A stretch of DNA of 46,199 nt from an uncultured Ignavibacteriales bacterium (GTDB lineage Bacteria > Zixibacteria > MSB-5A5 > GN15 > JAAZOE01), in the NCBI GenBank assembly GCA_964611355.1, contig CAZSYD010000015.1, positions 1-46,199 of the forward strand, given 5' to 3'. Below the pieces are notes generated by a model. That model did not search any database. It was not told where the DNA came from and saw nothing but the letters and a program-made list of their open reading frames with translations. The position numbers and the translations under genes were made by a program. Each line of letters starts with the position of its first letter. Position 1 is the first letter of the stretch. This document shows positions 33,766-43,445 of this stretch, piece by piece.

Positions 33766-36700
33766 ATGAAATTTGATCAACTAAAAGATAATTTCAGTTG
33801 GACCGGGATTGAAGAAAAGATTCTGAAGTTCTGGGAAGAAAACCGCATTTTCGAAAAGTCCATCGAACAGACAAAAGGCAGCGAGCGATTTATTTTCTTT
33901 GAAGGCCCCCCGACGGCCAACGGCCGGCCCGGCATCCATCATATTATCAGCCGGACAATCAAAGACCTGATTTGCCGGTACAAAACAATGCAGGGTTTCC
34001 GCGTCGATCGCAAAGCAGGCTGGGATACTCACGGCCTTCCCGTCGAAGTTGAAGTCGAAAAGGCTCTCAATCTCCATTCCAAGCAGGATGTGGAGGCCTA
34101 CGGCGTCGCCGAGTTCAACGAGAAATGCAGGGAATCGGTTTTCAGATACAAAAAAGATTGGGACGAGATTACCCGCCGCATCGGGTACTGGCTCGATCTT
34201 GACCAGGCATATATAACCCTCGACAACCATTATATTGAAACGGTCTGGCATATTCTGGCCGATTTCTTTGATCGCGACCTGATCTACCTGGGGTATAAAA
34301 CGGTACCATTCTGTCCTCGGTGCGAGACGACCCTTTCGTCGCACGAGGTTTCGCAGGCGTATGAAGACGTTGACGATCCGTCGGTCTTCGTTCGAATGAA
34401 AGCCGCAGACGGTGATTTCTCATACCTGGTCTGGACGACGACGCCGTGGACTCTGCCGTCAAACGCCGCCATCTGCTTGCATCCGGACGAATATTACGTA
34501 CGAGTTAAATACAACGGTGAAGAACTGGTTCTGGCCGAAGCCCTGGCCAACAAGGTGCTGGGAGACGAATTTGAAATCCTCGATCGGAAAAAAGGTTCGG
34601 AATATGTCAACCGGCATTATCAGCCGCTTTTTGACACCTTCGCCGATAAGGCCGATAAAGCCTTTTTTGCCATCAACGCGGAATTCGTAACCATGGAGGA
34701 CGGCACCGGTATCGTACATATCGCCCCCGGATTCGGCGCCGACGATTATGAAATAGGCCAGAAGTATGGCCTGCCGGTTTTGCAGGCGATCTACGAAACC
34801 GGAATCTTCAAGGAAGACACCGGCTGGTTATCGGGCAAATATATTAAAGACGCCGATCTGGAAATCATCAAAGACTTGAAAAAGCGCGGCCTTTTACTCC
34901 GTCAGGAGACATACACCCACAACTATCCGTTCTGCTGGCGCTGCAATACGCCTTTGATTTATATCGCGCGTAAATCGTGGTATATCAAAACGACCTTGTT
35001 CCGCGACAAGTTGCTGGAATATAACAAACAAATCAACTGGTATCCGCCGGAGATCGGCGCCGGCCGCTTCGGCGAATGGCTTGAGGGCAATGTTGACTGG
35101 GCATTGTCGCGGGAACGATTCTGGGGCACGCCGCTCCCTATCTGGGTATGCGAAAAATGCAATCATAAAAAGGCAATCGGTTCGATTAAGCAACTGTATG
35201 AAAAAGGGAAAAACGTTCCCGAAAATATCGACCTGCACAAACCGTTTATTGACGAGGTCGAACTCGATTGCCCGGTCTGCTCCGGGAGGATGAAACGGGT
35301 GCCGGAGGTAATCGACGTCTGGTTCGATTCGGGGTCGATGCCGTTTGCCCAGTGGCATTACCCGTTCGAAAACAAAGAGCGGTTCGACCGGCTCTTTCCG
35401 GCCGAGTTTATCTCCGAGGCAGTTGACCAGACGCGCGGATGGTTCTACGTCCTTCTGGCCATCTCGACAATCTATTACGACCGGCCCTGTTTCAAGAATT
35501 GCATCGTCATCGAGTTCGTGGTCGATAAAGAGGGCAAGAAGATGTCCAAGCATATCGGCAACGTCATCGACCCGTTCGAAATGGTCAACAGATACGGGGC
35601 CGACGCCGTGCGCTGGTACATGATTTCCGCCTCGCATCCCTGGATTGCGTTGAAGTTCGATCCCGAAGGAGTGGGCATCACCCGGAGGAAGTTCTTTGAC
35701 ACATTCAAGAACTGTTATGCTTTCTGGGCTTTATATGCCAATATTGACGATATCGCCGACAAAGCCGCCGGTGAGGGCGTTTCGGTCGGCAAATATCTCC
35801 GCGACCGAAAAGGCGAACAAAAACTGATCGATCGCTGGGTGTTATCACGATACAACTCCGTCGTCGCCCGGGCAAACGAAGCGATGAACGGGTATAACAT
35901 TACACGCGCCGCCCGACTGATTCAGGATTTTGTTATCGAAGATCTGTCCAACTGGTATATCCGCCTTAATCGTTCCCGTTTCTACGGCAGCGGCGAGGAA
36001 CCGGACAAGATACTGGTCTATTCGCTGCTTCACGATCTCCTGATCGGCGTCTGCGCCTTGACGGCTCCGATAATGCCTTTTTTCAGCGACTTCGTTTATC
36101 GTCAACTCCTTGGGGCAAATGCGGGCGGACAGCCTGAATCGATCCACCTGACGCGGTTTCCTGCGGCCGATGATTCCTGCATCGATTCCCGGCTCGAATA
36201 CGAAATGGCGTTTGCAAAAAAGGTCGTATCGCTGGCCCTGGCGGCTCGGAAACGGAAAAGCCTGAAAGTCCGGCAGCCGTTGGCGCAAATCCTGATTCAT
36301 GCCGACAACGGCCCGACCCCGTCGGAAGGCCTCAAGGAAATCATCCTGACTGAGCTCAATATCAAGCAGATAGAATTGACCGATGGCCTTGACAGCTATA
36401 TTTCGTATAATGCCAGGCCGGTTTTTGCGAGACTGGGCCCAAAATTCGGCAGAGAGATGGGAAAAGTAGCCGATATTATCAAGTCGCTTCGGGAAGACCA
36501 GATCAAACGGGCCGAGGTAGAGGGACATTTTACAATTGACATTGACGGCAGTCGAACGGAGCTTACCGGCGATGAAGTTGAAATCGTCCGGGAGGAAAAG
36601 GAGGGGTTTGCGGTCGAGTCCGATGGCGGCATAACCATCGCTCTGGATACCACCCTGACGCCGGGACTGATCGACGAGGGATTCGCGCGGGAGTTGGTCA

Positions 36701-36933
36701 ATAAGATCCAGAATCTCCGTAAGACTTCCGGGTTTGAGGTTACCGACAGGATCCGGATTACGCTTTATGCCGACGAACTGCTGGCCGGAGCAATAGGAAG
36801 ATATGGGGAATATATTTGTTCCGAGACGCTGGCTGATTCCCTGGAACGAGAGGAATTGAGCCGCGCCAACGGTGATGATAAAGAGTGGTCCATCAACGGT
36901 GAAAAGGCAGTAATTTCGGTTATACGAGTATAG
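33766..36933 (+). CDS. ileS: Isoleucine--tRNA ligase, type 2 (IleRS2)
   Basis: FFEGPPTANGRPGIHH, GWDTHGLP, WTTTPWTLP, GTGIVHIAP, DWALSRERFWGTPLP, DVWFDSGSMP, DQTRGWF, KMSKH. Long type-2 C-terminus (EGFARELVNKIQNLRK..GFEVTDRI) without the type-1 C-terminal zinc finger. Confidence 0.97.
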   Translation: MKFDQLKDNFSWTGIEEKILKFWEENRIFEKSIEQTKGSERFIFFEGPPTANGRPGIHHIISRTIKDLICRYKTMQGFRVDRKAGWDTHGLPVEVEVEKALNLHSKQDVEAYGVAEFNEKCRESVFRYKKDWDEITRRIGYWLDLDQAYITLDNHYIETVWHILADFFDRDLIYLGYKTVPFCPRCETTLSSHEVSQAYEDVDDPSVFVRMKAADGDFSYLVWTTTPWTLPSNAAICLHPDEYYVRVKYNGEELVLAEALANKVLGDEFEILDRKKGSEYVNRHYQPLFDTFADKADKAFFAINAEFVTMEDGTGIVHIAPGFGADDYEIGQKYGLPVLQAIYETGIFKEDTGWLSGKYIKDADLEIIKDLKKRGLLLRQETYTHNYPFCWRCNTPLIYIARKSWYIKTTLFRDKLLEYNKQINWYPPEIGAGRFGEWLEGNVDWALSRERFWGTPLPIWVCEKCNHKKAIGSIKQLYEKGKNVPENIDLHKPFIDEVELDCPVCSGRMKRVPEVIDVWFDSGSMPFAQWHYPFENKERFDRLFPAEFISEAVDQTRGWFYVLLAISTIYYDRPCFKNCIVIEFVVDKEGKKMSKHIGNVIDPFEMVNRYGADAVRWYMISASHPWIALKFDPEGVGITRRKFFDTFKNCYAFWALYANIDDIADKAAGEGVSVGKYLRDRKGEQKLIDRWVLSRYNSVVARANEAMNGYNITRAARLIQDFVIEDLSNWYIRLNRSRFYGSGEEPDKILVYSLLHDLLIGVCALTAPIMPFFSDFVYRQLLGANAGGQPESIHLTRFPAADDSCIDSRLEYEMAFAKKVVSLALAARKRKSLKVRQPLAQILIHADNGPTPSEGLKEIILTELNIKQIELTDGLDSYISYNARPVFARLGPKFGREMGKVADIIKSLREDQIKRAEVEGHFTIDIDGSRTELTGDEVEIVREEKEGFAVESDGGITIALDTTLTPGLIDEGFARELVNKIQNLRKTSGFEVTDRIRITLYADELLAGAIGRYGEYICSETLADSLEREELSRANGDDKEWSINGEKAVISVIRV

Positions 36934-36950
36934 CGAGCGGGAGGTTCGCG

Positions 36951-37334
36951 GTGAAAAAATCGGATTTAAAAAAATACGAACAACTGCTTCTTGCCAGACG
37001 GAAGGAAATCCTCGAGGATATCAAGGACCTGCGCAAGGAGTCGATCAAGACGATCAAAGAATCGACCGGTGAACTGTCTCATTACACCTACCATATGGCA
37101 GATCTGGGTACCGATGCCCAGGAGCGGGAAAAGAAATTCATGCTGGCCTCCAAATCCGGAAGACTGGTTTACCATATCGACGAAGCCCTGCGACGGATAA
37201 AAGACGGCACTTACGGCAAATGCCACGTCTGCGGCAAAGAGATAAGTGCGGCTCGCCTGCAGGCGGTTCCTCACGCGCGAATGTGTATCGATTGCAAATC
37301 AAAGGAGGAAAAAGAGAAGGCGCGCCGACGGTGA
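36951..37334 (+). CDS. DksA/TraR family C4 zinc-finger protein
   Basis: GTG start with SD GGAGG. Coiled-coil tip HMADLGTD, IDEALRRIKDGTYGKCHVC, RLQAVPHARMCIDC. Confidence 0.92.
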   Translation: MKKSDLKKYEQLLLARRKEILEDIKDLRKESIKTIKESTGELSHYTYHMADLGTDAQEREKKFMLASKSGRLVYHIDEALRRIKDGTYGKCHVCGKEISAARLQAVPHARMCIDCKSKEEKEKARRR

Positions 37335-37855
37335 CCAGCAAAGCCCAAAGGATACTCCCCCTCTTATTCATTACGGTTTTGATGCTGGATCAGGCGACCA
37401 AGTATATCGCTTTATCGAGCTTGAAAGCAGGCATATCGATTCCGGTTCTGGGAGATTTCCTCCGTTTCACATTAGTCTTCAATCCCGGCGGCGCCTTCAG
37501 TATGCGGCTGGGCAACTCCACTTACTACCTGATAACGTCCCTTATCATTTTCTTCATCCTGATTTACTATGCTTATCACCGACGGCAAATGGCGCATATC
37601 GCCATACCGCTCTCGATTGTCGCGGGCGGCGCGGCAGGGAATATCATCGATCGGTTCCGTTTCGGGCGGGTGATCGATTTTATCGATTGCGAGTTTTTTG
37701 ACATCCATATCGGTTCGTATCACATGGAGCGGTGGCCTATTTTCAATGTGGCCGATATGGCCGTCTCCTGCGGTATTATAACTACTATAATCCTTATTTA
37801 TTATCATTCGCGGGGGGGAAAAACCGATACTGAGGAAAATGAAACAACCGGATAA
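37331..37855 (+). CDS. lspA: Lipoprotein signal peptidase II
   Basis: DQATK, NPGGAFS, GGAAGNIIDR, VIDFI, WPIFNVAD. GTG at 37331 overlaps the upstream TGA. Confidence 0.95.
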   Translation: MTSKAQRILPLLFITVLMLDQATKYIALSSLKAGISIPVLGDFLRFTLVFNPGGAFSMRLGNSTYYLITSLIIFFILIYYAYHRRQMAHIAIPLSIVAGGAAGNIIDRFRFGRVIDFIDCEFFDIHIGSYHMERWPIFNVADMAVSCGIITTIILIYYHSRGGKTDTEENETTG

Positions 37856-37925
37856 TCCGTATCGCTTCCCATAATCTTTAATACGTTTCAATCAATCTCA
37901 GGCAAATATCAGATAGAAATAGAAC

Positions 37926-37955
37926 GGCCGCCCATCGGGTGTGATATGGGTGGCC
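37926..37955. terminator. Hairpin between convergent lspA and ABC ATPase genes
   Basis: 10-bp stem GGCCGCCCAT / ATGGGTGGCC (one G-U pair). Confidence 0.45.
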
Positions 37956-37978
37956 TCGAGGGAGGGTGGTGATATCCG

Positions 37979-38674
37979 TTAAAGCCGGGTTTGCGGCGGG
38001 CCGTTACCGTTCCCGTTATCTATCATGCCGTCTTTGAGCTTTATGATTCGCCGGCAACGATTAGCCAAATTTATATTATGAGTAATCATAATAACGGTAT
38101 GCCCGTCATTCCAGAGTTTCTCGAAAATGCCAACAATCTCGGCGCCGGATTTGGTATCCAGATTTCCTGTCGGTTCATCGGCCAGTATCAGTTTGGGATT
38201 GTTGGCTAGAGCCCGGGCGATAGCTACCCGTTGCATTTCGCCGCCGGACAGTTCTGTCGGCTTATTGGCCATTTTGTCGCTCAGCCCAACCTGGGTTAAA
38301 ACGTCAATCACCCGGCGTTTACGATCGCGGCCTTTGACGCCGGCAAAAATAAGCGGCAGCTCGACGTTCTCATAAGTCGATGCGTACGGCAGGAGGTTGA
38401 AGGCCTGGAAGACAAATCCGACCTTTTTGTTGCGAATTTCCGCCAGTTGATTAGGGTGAAGCGTATCGACGCGTCGGCCTTCGAGCTGATACTCACCACC
38501 ACTCGGCGTATCAAGGCAACCCATCAGGTTCATAAGGGTTGATTTCCCGGAACCCGAGGGGCCGACAATGGCAATAAACTCATTATCTTGAATATCAAGA
38601 TCGATATTTCGCAAAGCTTCAAAAGTCACCTTGCCGGTGTTATAAACTTTTTTAATTTCTTTCATCCTGATCAT
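37979..38674 (-). CDS. ABC transporter ATP-binding protein (MacB/LolD type)
   Basis: [49 protein letters not shown]. Confidence 0.95.
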   Translation of the reverse strand: MIRMKEIKKVYNTGKVTFEALRNIDLDIQDNEFIAIVGPSGSGKSTLMNLMGCLDTPSGGEYQLEGRRVDTLHPNQLAEIRNKKVGFVFQAFNLLPYASTYENVELPLIFAGVKGRDRKRRVIDVLTQVGLSDKMANKPTELSGGEMQRVAIARALANNPKLILADEPTGNLDTKSGAEIVGIFEKLWNDGHTVIMITHNINLANRCRRIIKLKDGMIDNGNGNGPPQTRL

Positions 38675-38695
38675 GCTCAACCTGCTATTAATCGG

Positions 38696-39955
38696 TTACT
38701 CGTATCGCAAAGCCTCCGTCGGATTGACCGAAGCCGCTTTCATGGCCGGAAAAAGCCCGGCAAAAAATCCCATGAGGCCGAGAATAATCGTCACCGTAAT
38801 ACCGATCTCCAGCGAGACCGTCGGCCTGCCCATCATTTCGAGGACCTCCGATTCGATTGGCGCTCTCTTGAAAAGTTCGGTGACGATATAGGCAATAGCC
38901 ATACCAATGAATCCGCCCAGAAACGTTATTCCCAGCGCCTCGATGATAAACTGCATTAGAATATAAATGCGGCGAGCGCCCAGAGCCATCTTGACCCCGA
39001 TCTCCCGCGTCCGTTCCTTAATCGAAACATACATAATGTTGGTCACGCCGACGGCGGCAATAAGTAGCGTCAAACCGCCGATGATGCCGAGAAAAATCTC
39101 GATCCCGAAGAGAATACTGTTCGTTACCCGGCTTTGCTCGACAATGTCCCAGGTCGATAAAGCGCGATCATCGTCTGGATCAAACTTGTACTTGGCGCCC
39201 ATGACTTCAAAAAGGCGTTTCTCCACCGCGGCCATATTATCCAAATCGCGCGGTTTGTAAATCAGATCATCCAGCCACTGATCGCCAAAGATCGCCTTGA
39301 AGGTGGTAGCCGGAATGGCGATTACGTCCTGGTCCATTCCGCCGTAGGAGCTGTCCTGCATTTTATGCGCCATCACGCCTATAACAGTATAGGGCGTGGA
39401 ATTGATATAGATTGTTTTGCCGACGACTTCTTCGACGGGCATTTCCTCGCCAAACAGGCGTTCTTTCAGTTTATCGCCGACGTACGCAACCCGTCGTTTT
39501 TGCTCCATGTCGAGCTTGTTGATCATCCGCCCGCCCATTTGCGCCCGGAAGTTGCGGATCGTTTCGAATTCGGGATAAACGCCGTCGACACGTTCGCTAA
39601 GCAGCTTTTTGCCGTAGCGTATTTCCGCACCCCAGCGGGTATATTCGCCCACGACAATTTCAAGCTCCGGCATGCGGCGTTTGAGATAATCGACGTCCTC
39701 GGGATGAAGATGAATCCGGCGTCCTTTGCCGAACCCCTGAAAAGGTACCGAAGTCTGGCCGCCCCAAACGATGACAATTCCTTCCCCCAGGCCCTTGGTA
39801 TTCATGAGCATCTGCTTTCTCAAACCTTCTCCAAAGGCCAGCAGTATCATTATCGACAGGGTTCCCCAGAGAATGGCCAACAGGGTCAAAAACATCCGTT
39901 TCTTCTGGTTTTGGAAGTCGCGGACAAATACGTTGTATATAATTGACGGGTTCAT
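38696..39955 (-). CDS. ABC transporter permease (MacB/FtsX type)
   Basis: One N-terminal TM, a large periplasmic domain, GVTNIMYVSIKERTREIGVKMALGA, and PAMKAASVNPTEALRYE. Confidence 0.93.
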   Translation of the reverse strand: MNPSIIYNVFVRDFQNQKKRMFLTLLAILWGTLSIMILLAFGEGLRKQMLMNTKGLGEGIVIVWGGQTSVPFQGFGKGRRIHLHPEDVDYLKRRMPELEIVVGEYTRWGAEIRYGKKLLSERVDGVYPEFETIRNFRAQMGGRMINKLDMEQKRRVAYVGDKLKERLFGEEMPVEEVVGKTIYINSTPYTVIGVMAHKMQDSSYGGMDQDVIAIPATTFKAIFGDQWLDDLIYKPRDLDNMAAVEKRLFEVMGAKYKFDPDDDRALSTWDIVEQSRVTNSILFGIEIFLGIIGGLTLLIAAVGVTNIMYVSIKERTREIGVKMALGARRIYILMQFIIEALGITFLGGFIGMAIAYIVTELFKRAPIESEVLEMMGRPTVSLEIGITVTIILGLMGFFAGLFPAMKAASVNPTEALRYE

Positions 39956-39962
39956 ATAATGC

Positions 39963-41198
39963 CTAAAACAGTTTCAGAGCTTTCACCGGTTCCAGATTGG
40001 CTGCCCGACGGGCCGGGAAAAAGCCGGCCAGAAGGCCAATTATACCCAGAATCGACACGGCGGCAACAACCTCGGTTGTGTGCATCGTCGGCGTACCGAT
40101 ATATTCGGTTAAGTTAAGCATCGGGTACACCTTTACTATGGTCAGGGCAATTAAGAAACCGATCAAACCGCCGATGCCCGTCAATACAATGGTTTCCAGT
40201 ATAAACTGCAGCATGATGGTCGCCTTTTTGGCTCCCAGTGCCATCTTGATTCCGATTTCCTTGGAGCGTTCTTCAAGAACCACGTTCATGATGTTGGTTA
40301 CCCCGATACCACCGGTAATAAGGGTCAGGCAGCCGACACCGACCAGAAACATTCGCAAAGCCAAAAAGAAAGTATTGAAAAACTTGAGAATTTCCGTGGT
40401 ATCCCATATCGATAGCGCCTCGGTATCATCGGGGTTGAAATTATATTTGGCCGCCATATAACGATAGATTTCGTTTTTGGCCTTTTTCATTGAAGAAGCA
40501 TCCGATGCCTGGATTACGGTATTGCTGGGATAGCGCCGCGAATACATGCTGTGGAAAGTGGTTGAAGGTATCCAGGCCTGGCGCGTATCGCGGCCACCAT
40601 AGCTGGAGTTCTGATCTTTCGGTTGCATGACGCCAACGACAACAAACGGCACACCCCGCACCTGGAGCGTCTGCCCTACCGGATCCTCGCCCGGGAAAAG
40701 TTTTTCGGCCAGTTCATCGCCGATGAAAATGACACGCCGCTTTTCGGCCATGTCGAGATCATGAATAAAGCGTCCGCCCCATTGGGGAATAATGTTGCGC
40801 ATTTCGTGGAATTCCGGCCAGACTCCCGAGACATGCGCCACCATGTTGTTGCGGTGCGACTTGAGCATGACGTTGTACCCGGTAAACTCAGGCGATATCC
40901 GATTGATACCCGGTATAGTCTCCTTAATTTTAACGACGTCATCCTCGGTCATGCGGATGCGCCGTCCGCGGGGAAGGCCGTTCCACGGTTTGGAGGTCAT
41001 CCCCGGCCATATTATAGTTATATGATCTCCCATCCCCTTGAATTGCCGGACCGAATATTCGCTCAGGCCGGTTCCAAAAGCCATCAGAAGCACTACCGAG
41101 ACCGTGCCCCACATGATGCCGAACATCGTCATCAGCGTGCGCAGTTTCTGGTTACGCATATCACGGAAAAACTGCTTGATCGAAAGAAACGACACCAT
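39963..41198 (-). CDS. ABC transporter permease (MacB/FtsX type), paralogue
   Basis: LRTLMTMFGIMWG, GVTNIM...ERSKEIGIKMALGA, PARRAANLEPVKAL. Confidence 0.93.
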   Translation of the reverse strand: MVSFLSIKQFFRDMRNQKLRTLMTMFGIMWGTVSVVLLMAFGTGLSEYSVRQFKGMGDHITIIWPGMTSKPWNGLPRGRRIRMTEDDVVKIKETIPGINRISPEFTGYNVMLKSHRNNMVAHVSGVWPEFHEMRNIIPQWGGRFIHDLDMAEKRRVIFIGDELAEKLFPGEDPVGQTLQVRGVPFVVVGVMQPKDQNSSYGGRDTRQAWIPSTTFHSMYSRRYPSNTVIQASDASSMKKAKNEIYRYMAAKYNFNPDDTEALSIWDTTEILKFFNTFFLALRMFLVGVGCLTLITGGIGVTNIMNVVLEERSKEIGIKMALGAKKATIMLQFILETIVLTGIGGLIGFLIALTIVKVYPMLNLTEYIGTPTMHTTEVVAAVSILGIIGLLAGFFPARRAANLEPVKALKLF

Positions 41199-41200
41199 GT

Positions 41201-42298
41201 TTAAAAAATCCCGGTAATTTCCTTAGGAGGACGCTCCACCACCAGATCACCCTCGGAAAGACCGTCGGCAACTTCAATGTTAATGCCGTCCGAAAGGCCG
41301 GTTTCAACCGTAATCTTTGTTATCACGCCAAGGCTGTCCTGAATCTCCACGTAGGCGGTATCGCCGACAAACTCAATCAGGCGCTCCGGTATAAGCAGAA
41401 TATCTTCTTTCCTGGTAATAAAAATATCGGCGTTGGCCGAATAACCGGCACGTAGTAGAACATCACCCACTTCAGTCAACCTGATTTCGACGTCAAATAC
41501 GGTCGAACCTTCATCCTTGTGCGCCTTGGGGGATATTTTTTCCAGAACGCCCTCAACCTTATCCTTGGGCAGTGCGCCGATTTTGATCTCGACCGGCAAT
41601 CCCAGTTTGAGCTTACCGACGTCGATTTCATCAACGGTACCCCTGAAGATCAAGTCCGCCATATCGGCCAGAGCCATAAGTTCGGTACCGGCCTGGAAAC
41701 TGGTCAGCGGCACCACCGGATCGCCGACATTAACGTTGCGTACCAGTATGGTTCCGTCAACAGTTGATTTGATAACGTTTTCGACCACCCGGTTGGCGAT
41801 TTTGGTCTGCCCTTTTTCGATCAGGGCCAGCTTTTCTTCGGCCAGACTGAGCCTCAGTTTCGCTTCATCACATCGAGCCTTGACGATTTCAAATTCCTGA
41901 TCCGAGATCAGTTTCTTTGCCTTAAGAGCTTTTGACCTGTCTAATTCCCTTTCGGTGTTTTCATAAGTAACCTGGCTGATTTCGACCTGTCTCTTGGCCT
42001 CGGCGTATTCGAGCGGCGTCGGGTCGGGAGCAATATCGAGGAGAGGATCGCCTATTTTGACTTTGTCGCCGATATCGACGTACAGCTTCCTGACAATACC
42101 GGATATCTTCGATTTGACGGCAATCTCGTGCCTTGGCACAATTGTACCGACAGCGAGCGCCTTGTCGATTATCTCCCCTTTCTCGCAGGCAACCGTTTTA
42201 AACTCGTCTTCCTTCGAGGCCGAGCCGCTGATAGCAAAAAACAAAACCGCCCCGACGATTACCACCAGGGAAAAAATAATTATGATTTTCTTGAGCAT
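41201..42298 (-). CDS. Efflux membrane-fusion (periplasmic adaptor, MacA/HlyD-type) protein
   Basis: N-terminal TM; VKSKISGIV..LYV..GD.VK.GDPL lipoyl half-motif; coiled hairpin; VDEIDVGKLK.G; TGLSDG...GL.EGD.V. SD GGAG. Confidence 0.92.
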   Translation of the reverse strand: MLKKIIIIFSLVVIVGAVLFFAISGSASKEDEFKTVACEKGEIIDKALAVGTIVPRHEIAVKSKISGIVRKLYVDIGDKVKIGDPLLDIAPDPTPLEYAEAKRQVEISQVTYENTERELDRSKALKAKKLISDQEFEIVKARCDEAKLRLSLAEEKLALIEKGQTKIANRVVENVIKSTVDGTILVRNVNVGDPVVPLTSFQAGTELMALADMADLIFRGTVDEIDVGKLKLGLPVEIKIGALPKDKVEGVLEKISPKAHKDEGSTVFDVEIRLTEVGDVLLRAGYSANADIFITRKEDILLIPERLIEFVGDTAYVEIQDSLGVITKITVETGLSDGINIEVADGLSEGDLVVERPPKEITGIF

Positions 42299-42538
42299 AG
42301 TTATCTCCGTCTTTTACGATACTCTCTAATACTTGCCGTCCTGCAATATTCTCTACGAACCGAGGACGATATTGTTTCGTAACCGATTTGATTACCTACC
42401 TCGTCGGACAGTCGGCAAATGAATTTGTTGCAGTCTAATTATATTTGACCGCGCAAAAAGCTAAACGGTTGCCAACCGGAATAATTGCGATGACTCTTGA
42501 CGCTTGCCTTACACAGAAAAACTGCGTACCATTATGCT

Positions 42539-42973
42539 ATGATTCACAAAAAAGTAATCGTAGCCGGGCTGGCGGCCGGGGTATTATGCCACATCTTCCA
42601 GGGAGCGGCGGCTTATCTTTTCTTCGACCGATTCTATCTGGAAAATCCCGACCTGATTCGCGATTCCAGTCGGTTGGTCGGTTTCTATTACCTGGCGCTT
42701 AGCCTGATTGTCGGGTTGGTCATCTCCTATCTGGCCTATTACTTGAAATCGGTTTGGAAAGGCGTCGATTGGATAGCGGGAATCAGGGCCGGGATGATTG
42801 TCTGGGTCGCCTCATCGCCGGTGTTTATTATTAAAAGGCAGATAATATTTAATTTGTCGAACTGGCTGCTTCTGGAAATCGCGGCTGATTTCCTGATATA
42901 TATTATCATAGGAGCAGTGGCCGGATTTCTATCCGGCCGGGGAATAATCGAGAACACGAAGGAGAAATCATGA
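42539..42973 (+). CDS. Hypothetical membrane protein (4 TM)
   Basis: Four hydrophobic segments; stop overlaps the next gene's ATG (ATGA). Start chosen at ATG 42539. Confidence 0.75.
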   Translation: MIHKKVIVAGLAAGVLCHIFQGAAAYLFFDRFYLENPDLIRDSSRLVGFYYLALSLIVGLVISYLAYYLKSVWKGVDWIAGIRAGMIVWVASSPVFIIKRQIIFNLSNWLLLEIAADFLIYIIIGAVAGFLSGRGIIENTKEKS

Positions 42974-43284
42974 TCGTCAGCACTACGCCGACCATACAGG
43001 GAAAAGAGATTCGGGAATACCTCGGAGTCGTAACCGGCGAGGCTATCATGGGTGCCAATGTTATTAAGGACCTTTTTGCCTCCATTACCGATATCGTCGG
43101 CGGTCGTTCAGCCGCCTATGAAAAGGAACTCCGGAAAGCCCGTCATATCGCCATCGACGAAATGGTCGATGAAACCCGGTCAAAAGGCGGGGACGCGGTG
43201 GTCGGCGTCGATCTCGATTACGAGGTAATTCGCGCAGGGATGCTGATGGTGGCGGTTTCGGGGACGGCAGTCAGGTTGGGTTAA
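42970..43284 (+). CDS. YbjQ / UPF0145 family protein
   Basis: [22 protein letters not shown]...[41 protein letters not shown]. Confidence 0.93.
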   Translation: MIVSTTPTIQGKEIREYLGVVTGEAIMGANVIKDLFASITDIVGGRSAAYEKELRKARHIAIDEMVDETRSKGGDAVVGVDLDYEVIRAGMLMVAVSGTAVRLG

Positions 43285-43445
43285 AAAAAGCGGCCTGCCG
43301 CAGGCAACCTGTAACTTTTTGTCATCTTTTTGCACATCCCTGTCACCCTTATGTCCTGATAGGCGTAACTGCCTGAATGCTAATGGATAAAAATCGACCG
43401 AGGGCCGATATACCGGCACGTTCTTCGCTTTGTTTATGGACAACC

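Noticed and set aside
37979..42298. MacAB-like exporter with two permeases and no TolC gene
   Set aside because: Common organisation; the outer-membrane channel is often encoded elsewhere, so it is not treated as novel.
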